A stretch of DNA of 64,000 nucleotides, taken from an archaeon (lineage in GTDB: Archaea > Iainarchaeota > Iainarchaeia > Iainarchaeales > JAAZKV01). Each line of letters starts with the position of its first letter. Position 1 is the stretch's first letter. Shown here piece after piece: positions 17,523-26,987 of this stretch. The stretch covers positions 415-64,414 of the forward strand of contig JBAZFU010000001.1 of the NCBI GenBank assembly GCA_041653195.1. The letters run 5' to 3'. The translations under genes were made by a program, and so were the position numbers. A model generated the notes under the pieces. It saw only the letters and a program-made list of their open reading frames with translations, was not told the DNA's origin and did not search any database.

Positions 17523-17544
17523 CGCCGGCCTTTGAAAAAGGCCG
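17515..17544. repeat. Copy of the GC-clamped A/T-palindrome hairpin family, abutting tRNA-Cys
   Basis: ttttttcgc + cggccttt-gaa-aaaggccg (17526-17544). The last G is nucleotide 1 of the tRNA. Confidence 0.6.
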
Positions 17545-17614
17545 CAGGGGTGGCAGACCGGTCATGCACTCGCCTGCAGAGCGAGTTAAGTGGGTTCGAC
17601 TCCCGCCCCTTGCT
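17544..17614 (+). tRNA. tRNA-Cys (anticodon GCA)
   Basis: Hand-folded cloverleaf: acceptor GCAGGGG/CCCTTGC with one G-U pair, D-arm GCA..TGC, anticodon stem CTCGC/GCGAG with loop CTGCAGA, T-arm GTGGG-TTCGACT-CCCGC and discriminator U73. A T-run follows. CCA is not encoded and there is no intron. Confidence 0.85.
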
Positions 17615-17728
17615 TTTTTCAAGCAAACAAAGAAGCTTTATAAATATTTCAGAAGAGGTTTATTTGGAACTTTTGAACGGTAAGAGTCAAATAGGACTAA
17701 TTAAGAAATAATTAACTGGTGAGCAAAA

Positions 17729-18508
17729 ATGGGTTTAAGACCGGCAAAGTGCTACAGGAATGTGGGGCATAAACAAAGAGCCAATACACGCGTAGCGCCC
17801 GGAAAGCCAAGAAAAAGTTACATCAAGACAGCGCCGGCTTTAAAAATAAGACAATTCAACATGGGAAACCCCCTTCCGGCTTACGACGCCATAGCTGACC
17901 TTTATGTAACGGAAGCACTTGATTTGAGAGACAACGCAATCGAAAGCGCAAGAATTGCAATCAACAGAAAACTTGTAAAAGAACTTGGAAAAGAAAGCTT
18001 CTTCATGAAAATAAGGTCATACCCCAATCACATACTCAGAGAAAACAAACAGGCACAAGGCGCGGGAGCAGACCGTGTCAGCCAAGGCATGTCATTGTCA
18101 TTCGGCGGACCGATAGGAAGAAGCGCACGCTTCAAAAAAGGCCAAACTGTTTTCAGCATATTATTCATGAGCCCACAAAAAGCAATTGTTAAAAGCGCAC
18201 TAATGAGAGCGAAAGCAAAATTCTCCTGCAGCGTAGGAGTAAAAATTCATAACGATTTGAAAAGTATCGGAACACTTCCAAAGAAAGCGGTTGAAGAAGT
18301 TGTTATCGAAACAAAAAAAGCAGAAGGAACAATTGCGGAAGGCACAGCAGCGGCAACAACCGAAGCGGGCGCAGAAGCAGGAAAAGCCGGAGCAACAGCC
18401 GGAAAGAAAGAAGCGGGCGCAACAAGCGGAACCGAAGCAGGAAAGAAAGAAGCGGGCGCAACCGGCGGAAAAACGGGCGGAAAAGAAACCGAAAAGAAAG
18501 GAAAATAA
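17729..18508 (+). CDS. rpl10e: 50S ribosomal protein L10e (uL16) with a ~75-aa low-complexity C-terminal tail
   Basis: N-terminus MGLRPAKCYRN...KIRQFNMGN is canonical L10e. GGTGA lies upstream of the ATG. Confidence 0.9.
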   Translation: MGLRPAKCYRNVGHKQRANTRVAPGKPRKSYIKTAPALKIRQFNMGNPLPAYDAIADLYVTEALDLRDNAIESARIAINRKLVKELGKESFFMKIRSYPNHILRENKQAQGAGADRVSQGMSLSFGGPIGRSARFKKGQTVFSILFMSPQKAIVKSALMRAKAKFSCSVGVKIHNDLKSIGTLPKKAVEEVVIETKKAEGTIAEGTAAATTEAGAEAGKAGATAGKKEAGATSGTEAGKKEAGATGGKTGGKETEKKGK

Positions 18509-18614
18509 TTTTTTCAAAAACTATTCAAAACTTCTGTCACGCCACGCCGAAAAAAATTGTTTTTTTACGCAGGCAAATCTTTTTAATTAGAAAAGCCGTC
18601 TCTTTATTGATTAG

Positions 18615-21107
18615 ATGAAAAACATCCTCTGGTTCAACGAAATTCATATCGCAGACATTCCCCAAGTTGGAGGAAAAGGCGCTTCCCTAGGAGAAATGGC
18701 AAACAATGATTTCCCGATACCTGGAGGATTCGCAGTAACTGCACAGGCATACTTTTACTTTTTAGAAAAAACAAAAATTGCCGACGAAATAATATCAAAA
18801 GCAGATTCAATCGACGTTGAAAACAACGATGAATTAGAAAGAGTCAGCGCGGAAATACGAGAACTAATAATGGCAACAAAAATGCCTCTTGAAATAAAAA
18901 CCGAAATAATTTCCCACTACAAAAAATTAGGCGAATCGGAATTCGCAGGACTCACTACAAAAAGAGAAGAATTCGTCGCAGTCAGAAGTTCCGCAACAGC
19001 GGAGGATTTGCCCGAAGCGAGTTTCGCGGGGCAACAGGAAACTTATTTAAATGTCAGAGGATACGATGCAGTTATTTTTGCCGTAAAAAAATGCTGGGCA
19101 TCACTATTCACCGCACGCGCGGTTTACTACAGAAAAAAGAACGGTTTCAACACAAAAGACGTCGGCCTCTCCGCAGTAATACAAAAAATGGTGCAAAGCG
19201 ACGTAAGCGGAATAATGTTCACAACAGACCCTTCAAACGGAGACAACACAAAAATAATAATTGAAGCAGGATTAGGTTTGGGAGAAACCGTTGTAAGCGG
19301 AAGCATAACCCCTGACAACTATGTAGTGGACAAGGAATCCTTGGGCATTGTGAACAAAAAAATAAATTATCAAGAATGGCTTCTCACAAAAAAAGGCGGC
19401 GAAAACCAGCGAATAGAACTTTCAAGAGAGGCGGGGGAAACACAAAAAATGCCGAACCAAAAAATAGTCGAGCTCGCAATAATCGGAAAAAAAATCGAAG
19501 ACCATTACAAAAAACCCATGGACATCGAATGGGCCATGGAAAAAAATGTGATTTACATAGTTCAGGCAAGACCTGTAACCGCGCTTGGAAAAAAAGCCGA
19601 ACAGAAAAAAGTAGAAACTGGAGAAAAGCCGATTGTTGAAGGACTTGGCGCTTCGCCCGGCGCAGTAACCGGAAAAGTCAAAGTTGCAGTGGACATGAGC
19701 GAAAGCGACAAAATAAAACAAGGAGATATTTTAGTAACAAAAATGACTTCTCCTTCATGGGTCCCGATAATGAAAAGGACCGCGGGAATAATAACTGATG
19801 AGGGCGGAAAAACCTGCCACGCCGCAATAGTCAGCAGAGAACTCGGAATACCTTGCATAGTGGGCACCGGAAATGCAACACAAATACTTTCAGACGGGGA
19901 AGAAGTTACTCTCGACGGTTTCAGCGGAAAAGTTTACGCGGGAAAACTCGAAATAAAAACCGAAAAAAGAGAAATAAAAGTTATTGAAGAAAAAGAAATG
20001 GATGAACTTGAAGAAGGAATTGAGGAAGAAGTGCGTGAAGAGAAAGAACATGCCGAAGAAACAAAATTCGCCAAAAAGGATGAAAGCAAAATGGGCGATC
20101 TGAGCGAAAGAGCTGCAGAAATAAAGGAAAAATACAAAGAAAAATTCGAACAAATGAACCCGGAAAAAAAAGCTGAAGAAGAAAAGGAAATTCTTTCACT
20201 GCTAAAGGATCTTTCAATAAAAGTCAAAGTCAATGTCGCACTGCCGGATGCGGCGGAGCAAGCTGCACAAACGGGCGCCGACGGCGTCGGCCTTCTGCGG
20301 GCAGAACATATGATTACAAGCTCGGGAATGCACCCTGCCGAATTCATCAGACAAGGAAAATACAATGAACTGAAAGACACCGTGAAAAAAGGAATACGCA
20401 CGGTTGCAGAAAAATTTTCAGGCCCTGTTTGGTTCAGAACATTCGACGCGCGAACCGACGAATTCAAAGAACTCGAGGGAGGAGAAAAAGAAGACAAAGA
20501 AGACAACCCCATGCTCGGCTGGCACGGAATAAGGAGAGACTTGGACGAACCGGAAATGTTCAAAGCACAAGTTGAAGCAATAAAAGAACTCCACGAAGAA
20601 GGATTGAAAAATGTCGGAATAATGCTGCCTTTTGTTCAAAGCGTTGACGAGGTTACGGGCGCGAAAAAAATTGCGGACGAATTAGGCTTGCAAAAAGAAG
20701 TTGATTTCGGAGTAATGGTAGAAACGCCCGCAGCAGTCTGGACGATTGATGAAATGATTCCGCACATCAGATTCATTTCCTTCGGAACAAACGACCTCAC
20801 ACAACTAACTCTCGGCATGGACAGAAACAACCAGAAAGTTCAGAAACAATTCACTGAACTGCACCCCGCAATTCTGCGAGAACTTGAGTACGTGATAAAA
20901 AAATGCAAAAAAGCGGGAGTAACAACAAGCATTTGCGGGCAAGCTGCAAGCAATCCCGAAATGGTGAAAAAACTTATTTGGATGGGAATAGACTCGGTTT
21001 CTGCAAACATAGACGCGGTCGAAGATATACGAAAAACGGTTATGGCGGAAGAAAAGAAAAAAATAATCCAAACTTACGAAAACAGCCTGAAACAAAAAAA
21101 CTCTTAA
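18615..21107 (+). CDS. ppsA: Phosphoenolpyruvate synthase (pyruvate, water dikinase)
   Basis: GGKGASLGEM ATP-grasp start, phospho-His motif GGKTCHAAIVSRELGIPCIVG and C-terminal FISFGTNDLTQ / CGQAAS. Confidence 0.9.
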   Translation: MKNILWFNEIHIADIPQVGGKGASLGEMANNDFPIPGGFAVTAQAYFYFLEKTKIADEIISKADSIDVENNDELERVSAEIRELIMATKMPLEIKTEIISHYKKLGESEFAGLTTKREEFVAVRSSATAEDLPEASFAGQQETYLNVRGYDAVIFAVKKCWASLFTARAVYYRKKNGFNTKDVGLSAVIQKMVQSDVSGIMFTTDPSNGDNTKIIIEAGLGLGETVVSGSITPDNYVVDKESLGIVNKKINYQEWLLTKKGGENQRIELSREAGETQKMPNQKIVELAIIGKKIEDHYKKPMDIEWAMEKNVIYIVQARPVTALGKKAEQKKVETGEKPIVEGLGASPGAVTGKVKVAVDMSESDKIKQGDILVTKMTSPSWVPIMKRTAGIITDEGGKTCHAAIVSRELGIPCIVGTGNATQILSDGEEVTLDGFSGKVYAGKLEIKTEKREIKVIEEKEMDELEEGIEEEVREEKEHAEETKFAKKDESKMGDLSERAAEIKEKYKEKFEQMNPEKKAEEEKEILSLLKDLSIKVKVNVALPDAAEQAAQTGADGVGLLRAEHMITSSGMHPAEFIRQGKYNELKDTVKKGIRTVAEKFSGPVWFRTFDARTDEFKELEGGEKEDKEDNPMLGWHGIRRDLDEPEMFKAQVEAIKELHEEGLKNVGIMLPFVQSVDEVTGAKKIADELGLQKEVDFGVMVETPAAVWTIDEMIPHIRFISFGTNDLTQLTLGMDRNNQKVQKQFTELHPAILRELEYVIKKCKKAGVTTSICGQAASNPEMVKKLIWMGIDSVSANIDAVEDIRKTVMAEEKKKIIQTYENSLKQKNS

Positions 21108-21161
21108 ACCAAAAAACCCTTAATAAAAAAATACTTAATCCTTTCCGAACCCAATTATTGC

Positions 21162-22148
21162 ATGCTGAAAATTGAACTCGCTGAAGCCGTAGGACAGCTA
21201 AAAAAAATAAATGCGAAAAAAATATTCCTCCAAATACCCGAGGGATTGAAAACGAACGTCGACACAATTGTTGAAGAACTGGAATTTGAAGGCTTTGAAA
21301 TAATCACTTCAATGGACCCGTGCTTCGGCGCCTGCGACATCAAAGAGAATGAGGCAAAAGCCCTCGGATGTGACGCAATACTTCATATAGGACACAGCGC
21401 ATTTCTCGAAAAAACAAAACTGCCAGTAATTTATGCCACTTTGCGATACGACCTCGGAGAAAACTTTGCAGAAGTTTCAAAAGTGCTTGAAAAATATTTG
21501 AAAAAAAACGAAATAGAAGCTGTCGGATTAACAACAACCGCACAATTCGTCGAATACCTACCAAAATTAAAGCGGGCACTTGAAAAAAACAAAATAAAAG
21601 CAATCATTGGAAAAGGCAAAAGAGTGCTCGACGGACAGGTGCTCGGATGCAACTACTCCCCTGCAAATGTTCAGCCCCAAACAATAATTTTTTTCGGGGA
21701 CGGGTTATTTCACCCGCTCGGAATTTCATACGCGACCGGAAAACGGGTTATCATCGCAAATCCATTCACAAAAGAAATAAAGGAACTACACGAAGAAAAA
21801 GAAAATTTCATTCGGCAGAGAATAATGCTCATAGAGAAAGCAAAGGAAGGAAAAGAATTCGGAATACTCGTTTCCACAAAGGAAGGACAGAACAGGGCAA
21901 CGCTTGCAAAAAAAATAAAAGAACTTTTGGAACTCGCCGGAAAAAAAGCGAAAATTTATTCGATGGACAACATCTCAAAAGAGTCGCTGCTCGGGGCGAA
22001 AGCGGAAGTGCTGATAAACACCGCCTGCCCGCGTTTGGCTTTTGATGATTTCAGCAGCTTCAAACAGCCCATTCTGAATTCAAACGAAATCGGGTTGCTG
22101 CTCGGAAAGAAAAAATACGAAGATTATTTTATCGAAGAGATTTATTAA
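21162..22148 (+). CDS. dph2: Diphthamide synthesis protein Dph2 (2-(3-amino-3-carboxypropyl)histidine synthase)
   Basis: LQIPEGLK, CFGACD, HIGHS and GCNYS motifs, with archaeal Dph2 size (328 aa). Confidence 0.8.
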   Translation: MLKIELAEAVGQLKKINAKKIFLQIPEGLKTNVDTIVEELEFEGFEIITSMDPCFGACDIKENEAKALGCDAILHIGHSAFLEKTKLPVIYATLRYDLGENFAEVSKVLEKYLKKNEIEAVGLTTTAQFVEYLPKLKRALEKNKIKAIIGKGKRVLDGQVLGCNYSPANVQPQTIIFFGDGLFHPLGISYATGKRVIIANPFTKEIKELHEEKENFIRQRIMLIEKAKEGKEFGILVSTKEGQNRATLAKKIKELLELAGKKAKIYSMDNISKESLLGAKAEVLINTACPRLAFDDFSSFKQPILNSNEIGLLLGKKKYEDYFIEEIY

Positions 22149-22164
22149 AAAAAATTAATTACTA

Positions 22165-23007
22165 CTAATCCTCTTCTTCGTTTTCCTGCTCTGCCGAGGT
22201 TGAAGCGGTTTGCACAATCGTGCCCTTGAAATGCTCGCCGCGAACACACGCCTTGAAGTTTGCCAAATCGCTTCCGTTAATAAAAAAACTTCGAACTCTG
22301 CTACGCCACAAAATATGCGCAGCCTGCTGGTCCACAAAAGTGTGCGCGCCGGGCTTAGAAGCAATCGCCTTCAAAAGAGAAAGCATTTTGGTGTGAGTAA
22401 GTTCATCAAACATTTTAGTACTCGGATGAGTGGCAGGGTCGGAAGCAAAAATCCCGTCAACATTACTCAAATTACAAAAATCACACTGCAAATATTCCGC
22501 AACAGAAGCGGCAACCGCATCAGTGGTCTGACCCGGCATATTTCCTGCAAAAATCGGAATCCTTCCGAAAGAAAGAACTTTGCGCGCCATTTTAACGTCC
22601 TGTAGAACATCCTTCCAAGCATTCTCAATAATATAAGTAAAAAGAAGCGCATTGGATTTAGTAACTGAAATCCCCATTTCATCCATCTCAAAATAATTCG
22701 CGCCAAGAGATTTTGCCGAAGCCTGATAAGTGCGCGCAACCTGCCCGCCGCCAACAACAAGAACAAAAGCAAACCCCTCCTTTGCAAGATCGTTAATAGT
22801 TTCACAGAATTTTGCTATATGGGCGGTGCGCGGCTTGTCGTCAAAAAAAAGAGAACCTCCCACGCTCAACACAATTGTTTTTTTCGAATTATAATAAGCG
22901 ATTGAAGAATTTTGAGAAGACTGCTGCACAACCGAGGAATCGCCTTCGCCGCGGGCCTCGTAAGCCTGCTTATTTTCCTCCGAAAAATTCTGAAACATTT
23001 CAAACAT
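22165..23007 (-). CDS. pyrH: UMP kinase (archaeal type) with terminal extensions
   Basis: Amino-acid-kinase fold motifs LSVGGSLF and VVGGGQVARTY, plus DEMGISVTKSNALLF. It has a ~45-aa N-terminal extension and an acidic C-terminal tail. Confidence 0.75.
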   Translation of the reverse strand: MFEMFQNFSEENKQAYEARGEGDSSVVQQSSQNSSIAYYNSKKTIVLSVGGSLFFDDKPRTAHIAKFCETINDLAKEGFAFVLVVGGGQVARTYQASAKSLGANYFEMDEMGISVTKSNALLFTYIIENAWKDVLQDVKMARKVLSFGRIPIFAGNMPGQTTDAVAASVAEYLQCDFCNLSNVDGIFASDPATHPSTKMFDELTHTKMLSLLKAIASKPGAHTFVDQQAAHILWRSRVRSFFINGSDLANFKACVRGEHFKGTIVQTASTSAEQENEEED

Positions 23008-23132
23008 AAAACCACTTCAAATACTCAAAAACCTGCCAAAATCCTGAAGCATTTATTAAGCTTATGATACCGAAATATATGAATTTACTCATTTAAATAA
23101 GTTTCTGAGAAAAGAAAACAAATGTGATTAAA

Positions 23133-24374
23133 ATGAAGCAGATAGAGGAGATTTCAAGTTCGGACCTTGCAGTTTTCAGAAAAAAACTAAAAATGCTTGA
23201 AAAGTTCAAGGGAAAAAACACAGAACTAATCACACAATACATACCAGAAGCTGCCGACAGGAGTTCAGTAATGAACCAGCTCACGGAAGAAATAAGCCAG
23301 AGCTCAAACATAAAAAGCCCCACAACAAGAAAAAATGTTCAGGGCGCATTACGCAAAATAACTACTTTTTTAAAAAAAATAAATTTCAATATCCCAAAAA
23401 ATGGAATAGTTGTTTTCGCAGGAAACGTTTCTCCCGTGGAAGGAAGAAGCGACATAAGATTATTCACAGTAAACCCTGTAAAAAATTTAAAAGTAAAACT
23501 TTACTGGTGCGACTCTGAATTTCATTTGGACTATTTGAAAGAAATGCTCGCGCCAAATGATTTCTACGCAATAGTGACAATAGATAAAAACGAAGCAACA
23601 ATTGCACAGCTCTACGGAAAAAAATACGAAATACTCGGCCACTTCACATCAATGGTGCCGGGAAAAACGAGAGCAGGCGGACAAAGTGCACAGAGATTCG
23701 AAAGGCTGAGGGAAGAGGCAACACAGGACTTCTTCAAAAAAATAAGCGAAAAAATAAACTCCTATTTCGCTAACTATGGAGACAAACTGAAAGGAATGAT
23801 AATAGGGGGCCCGGGAATAACAAAAAATTATTTCATAAACAAAGGGCTAATACATCATGAAATATCGAAAAAAATAATCGGCGTGCTTGACATTTCTTAC
23901 ACGGACGAATCCGGAATAAGAGAAATGGTTCAAAAAAGCGAAGAACTTTTGAAAGATACCGACTTGATGAAAGAAAAAATTGTGATGGACAAGTTTTTAG
24001 GCGAAGTGGCAAGAAACGGGCTTGCAACCTACGGCCAAAAAGAAGTTGAAGACGTTATCGAAAGCGGAAAAGCATCCGTTTTACTGATTTCGGAAGCGAT
24101 TGAATGGATGGTTGTGAAAAAACTGTGCGGGAAATGCAACTCTGAAGAAATAGAAATAATAAAAACCCAAAAAGATTATGAAGAATCAAAATGGCAATGC
24201 TCAAAATGCGACGCAACCGGCGAAATAGTTGAAGAAGTGGATTATATGGATTATATGCTGGAAAAGGCAAAGAGCATAGGTGCAGAGGTAATAGTAGTAA
24301 GTACGGAAACTGCGGAAGGAAAACAATTTTATGATGGGTTCGGCGGCTTGGCGGCAATGCTTCGCTACAAATAA
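23133..24374 (+). CDS. prf1: Peptide chain release factor aRF1
   Basis: NIKS motif (SSNIKSP), GGQ motif (AGGQSAQRF) and a C-terminal Cys-rich insert. The track ORF starts at GTG 23124. Confidence 0.9.
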   Translation: MKQIEEISSSDLAVFRKKLKMLEKFKGKNTELITQYIPEAADRSSVMNQLTEEISQSSNIKSPTTRKNVQGALRKITTFLKKINFNIPKNGIVVFAGNVSPVEGRSDIRLFTVNPVKNLKVKLYWCDSEFHLDYLKEMLAPNDFYAIVTIDKNEATIAQLYGKKYEILGHFTSMVPGKTRAGGQSAQRFERLREEATQDFFKKISEKINSYFANYGDKLKGMIIGGPGITKNYFINKGLIHHEISKKIIGVLDISYTDESGIREMVQKSEELLKDTDLMKEKIVMDKFLGEVARNGLATYGQKEVEDVIESGKASVLLISEAIEWMVVKKLCGKCNSEEIEIIKTQKDYEESKWQCSKCDATGEIVEEVDYMDYMLEKAKSIGAEVIVVSTETAEGKQFYDGFGGLAAMLRYK

Positions 24375-24416
24375 TAAATTTAAATTAACTTGAAAACTAA
24401 AAACAAACTGATTTTT

Positions 24417-25682
24417 ATGGAGCCGATTTTTGTAACAACAACCGAAGCGCTCGGCGGAAAAATAAAACAACGCTACTCAGACTTTATCGTGGAAGAAGTT
24501 TTAATAGACGGAAGAATTTGCCAAGTCAAAAAATTTGACAAAGCATTCGGCGAAAGAAAGGAAGAACTCGAAAAAATAATTGTTCCGGCATCAAACGGAA
24601 AGGAACAACTTCTTCTTGATTTGGAAAAAATAAATCAGGACACAAATTTCGTTTTTGCAAGACTCGCACGAGGTCTTAATGTCAGCAAAAAAAGAATAGG
24701 CTACGCGGGATTGAAAGACAAAAGAGGAATAACCTGCCAAAGAATAAGTCTTTACGGCCCAGACCCAAAAAGAGTCGAAAGATTCGGTTTCAGAGGAATC
24801 GAATTAAGAAATCCTGAATGGAGCGACAAAAGAATCGAACTGGGCGAACTGAAAGGAAACAATTTTGTTTTAACAATAAGAGGAATCGAAAAAAGCGAGG
24901 ACGAAATAAAAAAAATAATTTCCGAATTCGCGGAGCAGGCAAAAGAAGGGTTGCCGAATTTTTTCGGAAACCAGCGCTTCGGAGGAAAAAGAGAAATAAC
25001 TCACAGAGTGGGGAAACTTCTTCTCGCCGAAAAATTTGAAGAAGCTGTAATGCTTTATTTAACCGAAACTTACTCTGAAGAAAAAGAAGAGCTTAGGAAT
25101 GCGCGCATTAATTTAGCAAACACAAATAATTTTTCGGACGCACTTAAACAATTTCCCTTTCTTGATGCAAGATCCGAAATCGCAATGTTGAATCATCTTG
25201 TGAACAACCCAAAGGACTTTGCCGGCGCATTCGGAAAGCTTCCAAAAAAAATACGTTATCTGTTCGTGCACGCTTATCAAAGCCACATTTTTAATAAAAT
25301 AATTGAGGAAAGACTACTTCAATTCGGAAAAAAAGGACTCGATGTAATTGAGGGGGACGAATTAATTGAAGGAGAACCTGCCGCACTTCTCCCAGGTTTT
25401 GAAAGCAAATTTGCAGAAGGAAAAGCGGGCGAAATTGAACAAAAAATACTTGCAGACGAAGGAGTTGATTTCAGGACTTTCAGAGTTGGCGGAATGAGCG
25501 AGCTTTCAAGTAAGGGAAGCAGGAAAAATATTGTACTGCGACCCGAAAATTTTAATTTGATTGAAACAGGGGCGGACGAATTCAACGAAGGGAAAAGGTT
25601 TGCAAAAGTCTCATTCTTCCTAAGCAAAGGAAACTACGCAACGACAATTATGCGCGAATTATTAAAAGAAGAAATTTTTTAA
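24417..25682 (+). CDS. truD: tRNA pseudouridine synthase TruD/Pus7 family
   Basis: GGKIKQRYSDFIVEEV N-terminus, catalytic GYAGLKDKRGIT and FGNQRFG. The track ORF starts at TTG 24390. Confidence 0.85.
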   Translation: MEPIFVTTTEALGGKIKQRYSDFIVEEVLIDGRICQVKKFDKAFGERKEELEKIIVPASNGKEQLLLDLEKINQDTNFVFARLARGLNVSKKRIGYAGLKDKRGITCQRISLYGPDPKRVERFGFRGIELRNPEWSDKRIELGELKGNNFVLTIRGIEKSEDEIKKIISEFAEQAKEGLPNFFGNQRFGGKREITHRVGKLLLAEKFEEAVMLYLTETYSEEKEELRNARINLANTNNFSDALKQFPFLDARSEIAMLNHLVNNPKDFAGAFGKLPKKIRYLFVHAYQSHIFNKIIEERLLQFGKKGLDVIEGDELIEGEPAALLPGFESKFAEGKAGEIEQKILADEGVDFRTFRVGGMSELSSKGSRKNIVLRPENFNLIETGADEFNEGKRFAKVSFFLSKGNYATTIMRELLKEEIF

Positions 25683-25687
25683 ATTTC

Positions 25688-26977
25688 CTAATCTATCCAA
25701 GGACCCGAAACATACTGCTTCATAGGAGGCAGACATTTTTCAAATTTTATTATTATACAATCTTGGGTTGTTATTATCTGCGCATTCGGAATATTCAAAT
25801 CATAAGAATATTCTCGGTAAAGCACAATATTTGTTTCCGATTCAACAAGCCTATTGAAATCCCCTTCCCAACCGACCTGTTCGGCAACTATTCCTTTTGG
25901 ATAAAAATAAACCCAATTATCGCTTCCGACTCTGCAATTTCTAATAAAATCATTTTCCGGAATGCGGGGCGAATAATTATTGATTCTTATCCCTGTTTGA
26001 AAAAAAGCAACCAAAAAAATAGATAAAAACAACAGCGCCACAAAAAAAACTTTTATTTTTTTATTGCCAAAACTCGCGCGCGCCGCATTAACCGCCTGAG
26101 ACGGCACGAGAACATTAAGAAACCTGCTTTCTTTTATTCCAGAAAAAACGAACTGCACAACAGAAATAAAAGAAACCTGGTTTTTTTCATCAAGAAAATT
26201 TTTCTTAACATTTAGGAACACTGTTGCAATGAAAAAAACAATAAGCAAAACAAAACCAACGCCTATTTCAGAAGCGACACCTCTTGTAAAAACATTTATG
26301 TAAAGCGTCTGATTGAGACTGAAAAACGGGTTGCCCGTGTGCACAAAATTAAAGGCAAGCCACGGCAACCAAACGAGAGAAAAAATCCCTAAAAAAAGCA
26401 AAATTTTTTTTGGGTTTCTGCGAAACTGCCACAAAAACACAGGAAAGTAAAACAAAAAATTATAACGCGACAAAGTCGCAAGCCCGAAGAAAAAACCTTT
26501 TTTGAGGGGATTTGAAAAAAAGAGCGCAAGCAAAAGAAATGAAAGAGCAAAAAGATCAGACCCGTAATTGGCCCCGATAAGAATTGTCGGAAAAACAAAT
26601 GCGAATAATGCAAAAACAAACTGGTCAATTTTTCCGTTTTCTTTTTTATAAATCAAAAAAATTGCTGCGAGGTAAATGAATGATGCAAACACCGTGGAAA
26701 AAAACGCCGAATTCATTTCAGCTCCAAAAAGACAATTAAAAAAACCCGGAACAGGCGGCCTTAGATACTCAAGGTACAGGTGCTGCCCGCAGAACCACTT
26801 CCCCTGAAAAACGTATGTTATAGAGTCCCATTCTGAAAGTGTTGCCTGATAAGCCTGAAAAACCAAAAAAATTGAAAAAAAAATAAAAACCCATTTAAAT
26901 TCAAGGATTTTTTTAATTGGTTTCGCAACGCCAACAGAAAAAACATTTTTTTTATTTAAAAAAAGAGGCTGGGCCAC
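25688..26977 (-). CDS. Polytopic membrane protein, GT-C-like glycosyltransferase candidate
   Basis: About 10 TM helices. The first loop has an acidic SEWDSITY motif and LRPPVPGF, reminiscent of the ArnT/PMT-type DExxY...PPL pattern. The C-terminal soluble domain is ~100 aa. The call is weak. Confidence 0.45.
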   Translation of the reverse strand: MAQPLFLNKKNVFSVGVAKPIKKILEFKWVFIFFSIFLVFQAYQATLSEWDSITYVFQGKWFCGQHLYLEYLRPPVPGFFNCLFGAEMNSAFFSTVFASFIYLAAIFLIYKKENGKIDQFVFALFAFVFPTILIGANYGSDLFALSFLLLALFFSNPLKKGFFFGLATLSRYNFLFYFPVFLWQFRRNPKKILLFLGIFSLVWLPWLAFNFVHTGNPFFSLNQTLYINVFTRGVASEIGVGFVLLIVFFIATVFLNVKKNFLDEKNQVSFISVVQFVFSGIKESRFLNVLVPSQAVNAARASFGNKKIKVFFVALLFLSIFLVAFFQTGIRINNYSPRIPENDFIRNCRVGSDNWVYFYPKGIVAEQVGWEGDFNRLVESETNIVLYREYSYDLNIPNAQIITTQDCIIIKFEKCLPPMKQYVSGPWID

Positions 26978-26987
26978 TGCAGTCCCC

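Noticed and set aside
17258-17626. 122-aa minus-strand ORF spanning the tRNA-Cys locus
   Set aside because: It overlaps a well-folding tRNA and the hairpin region, starts at TTG inside the tRNA terminator and has no motifs.
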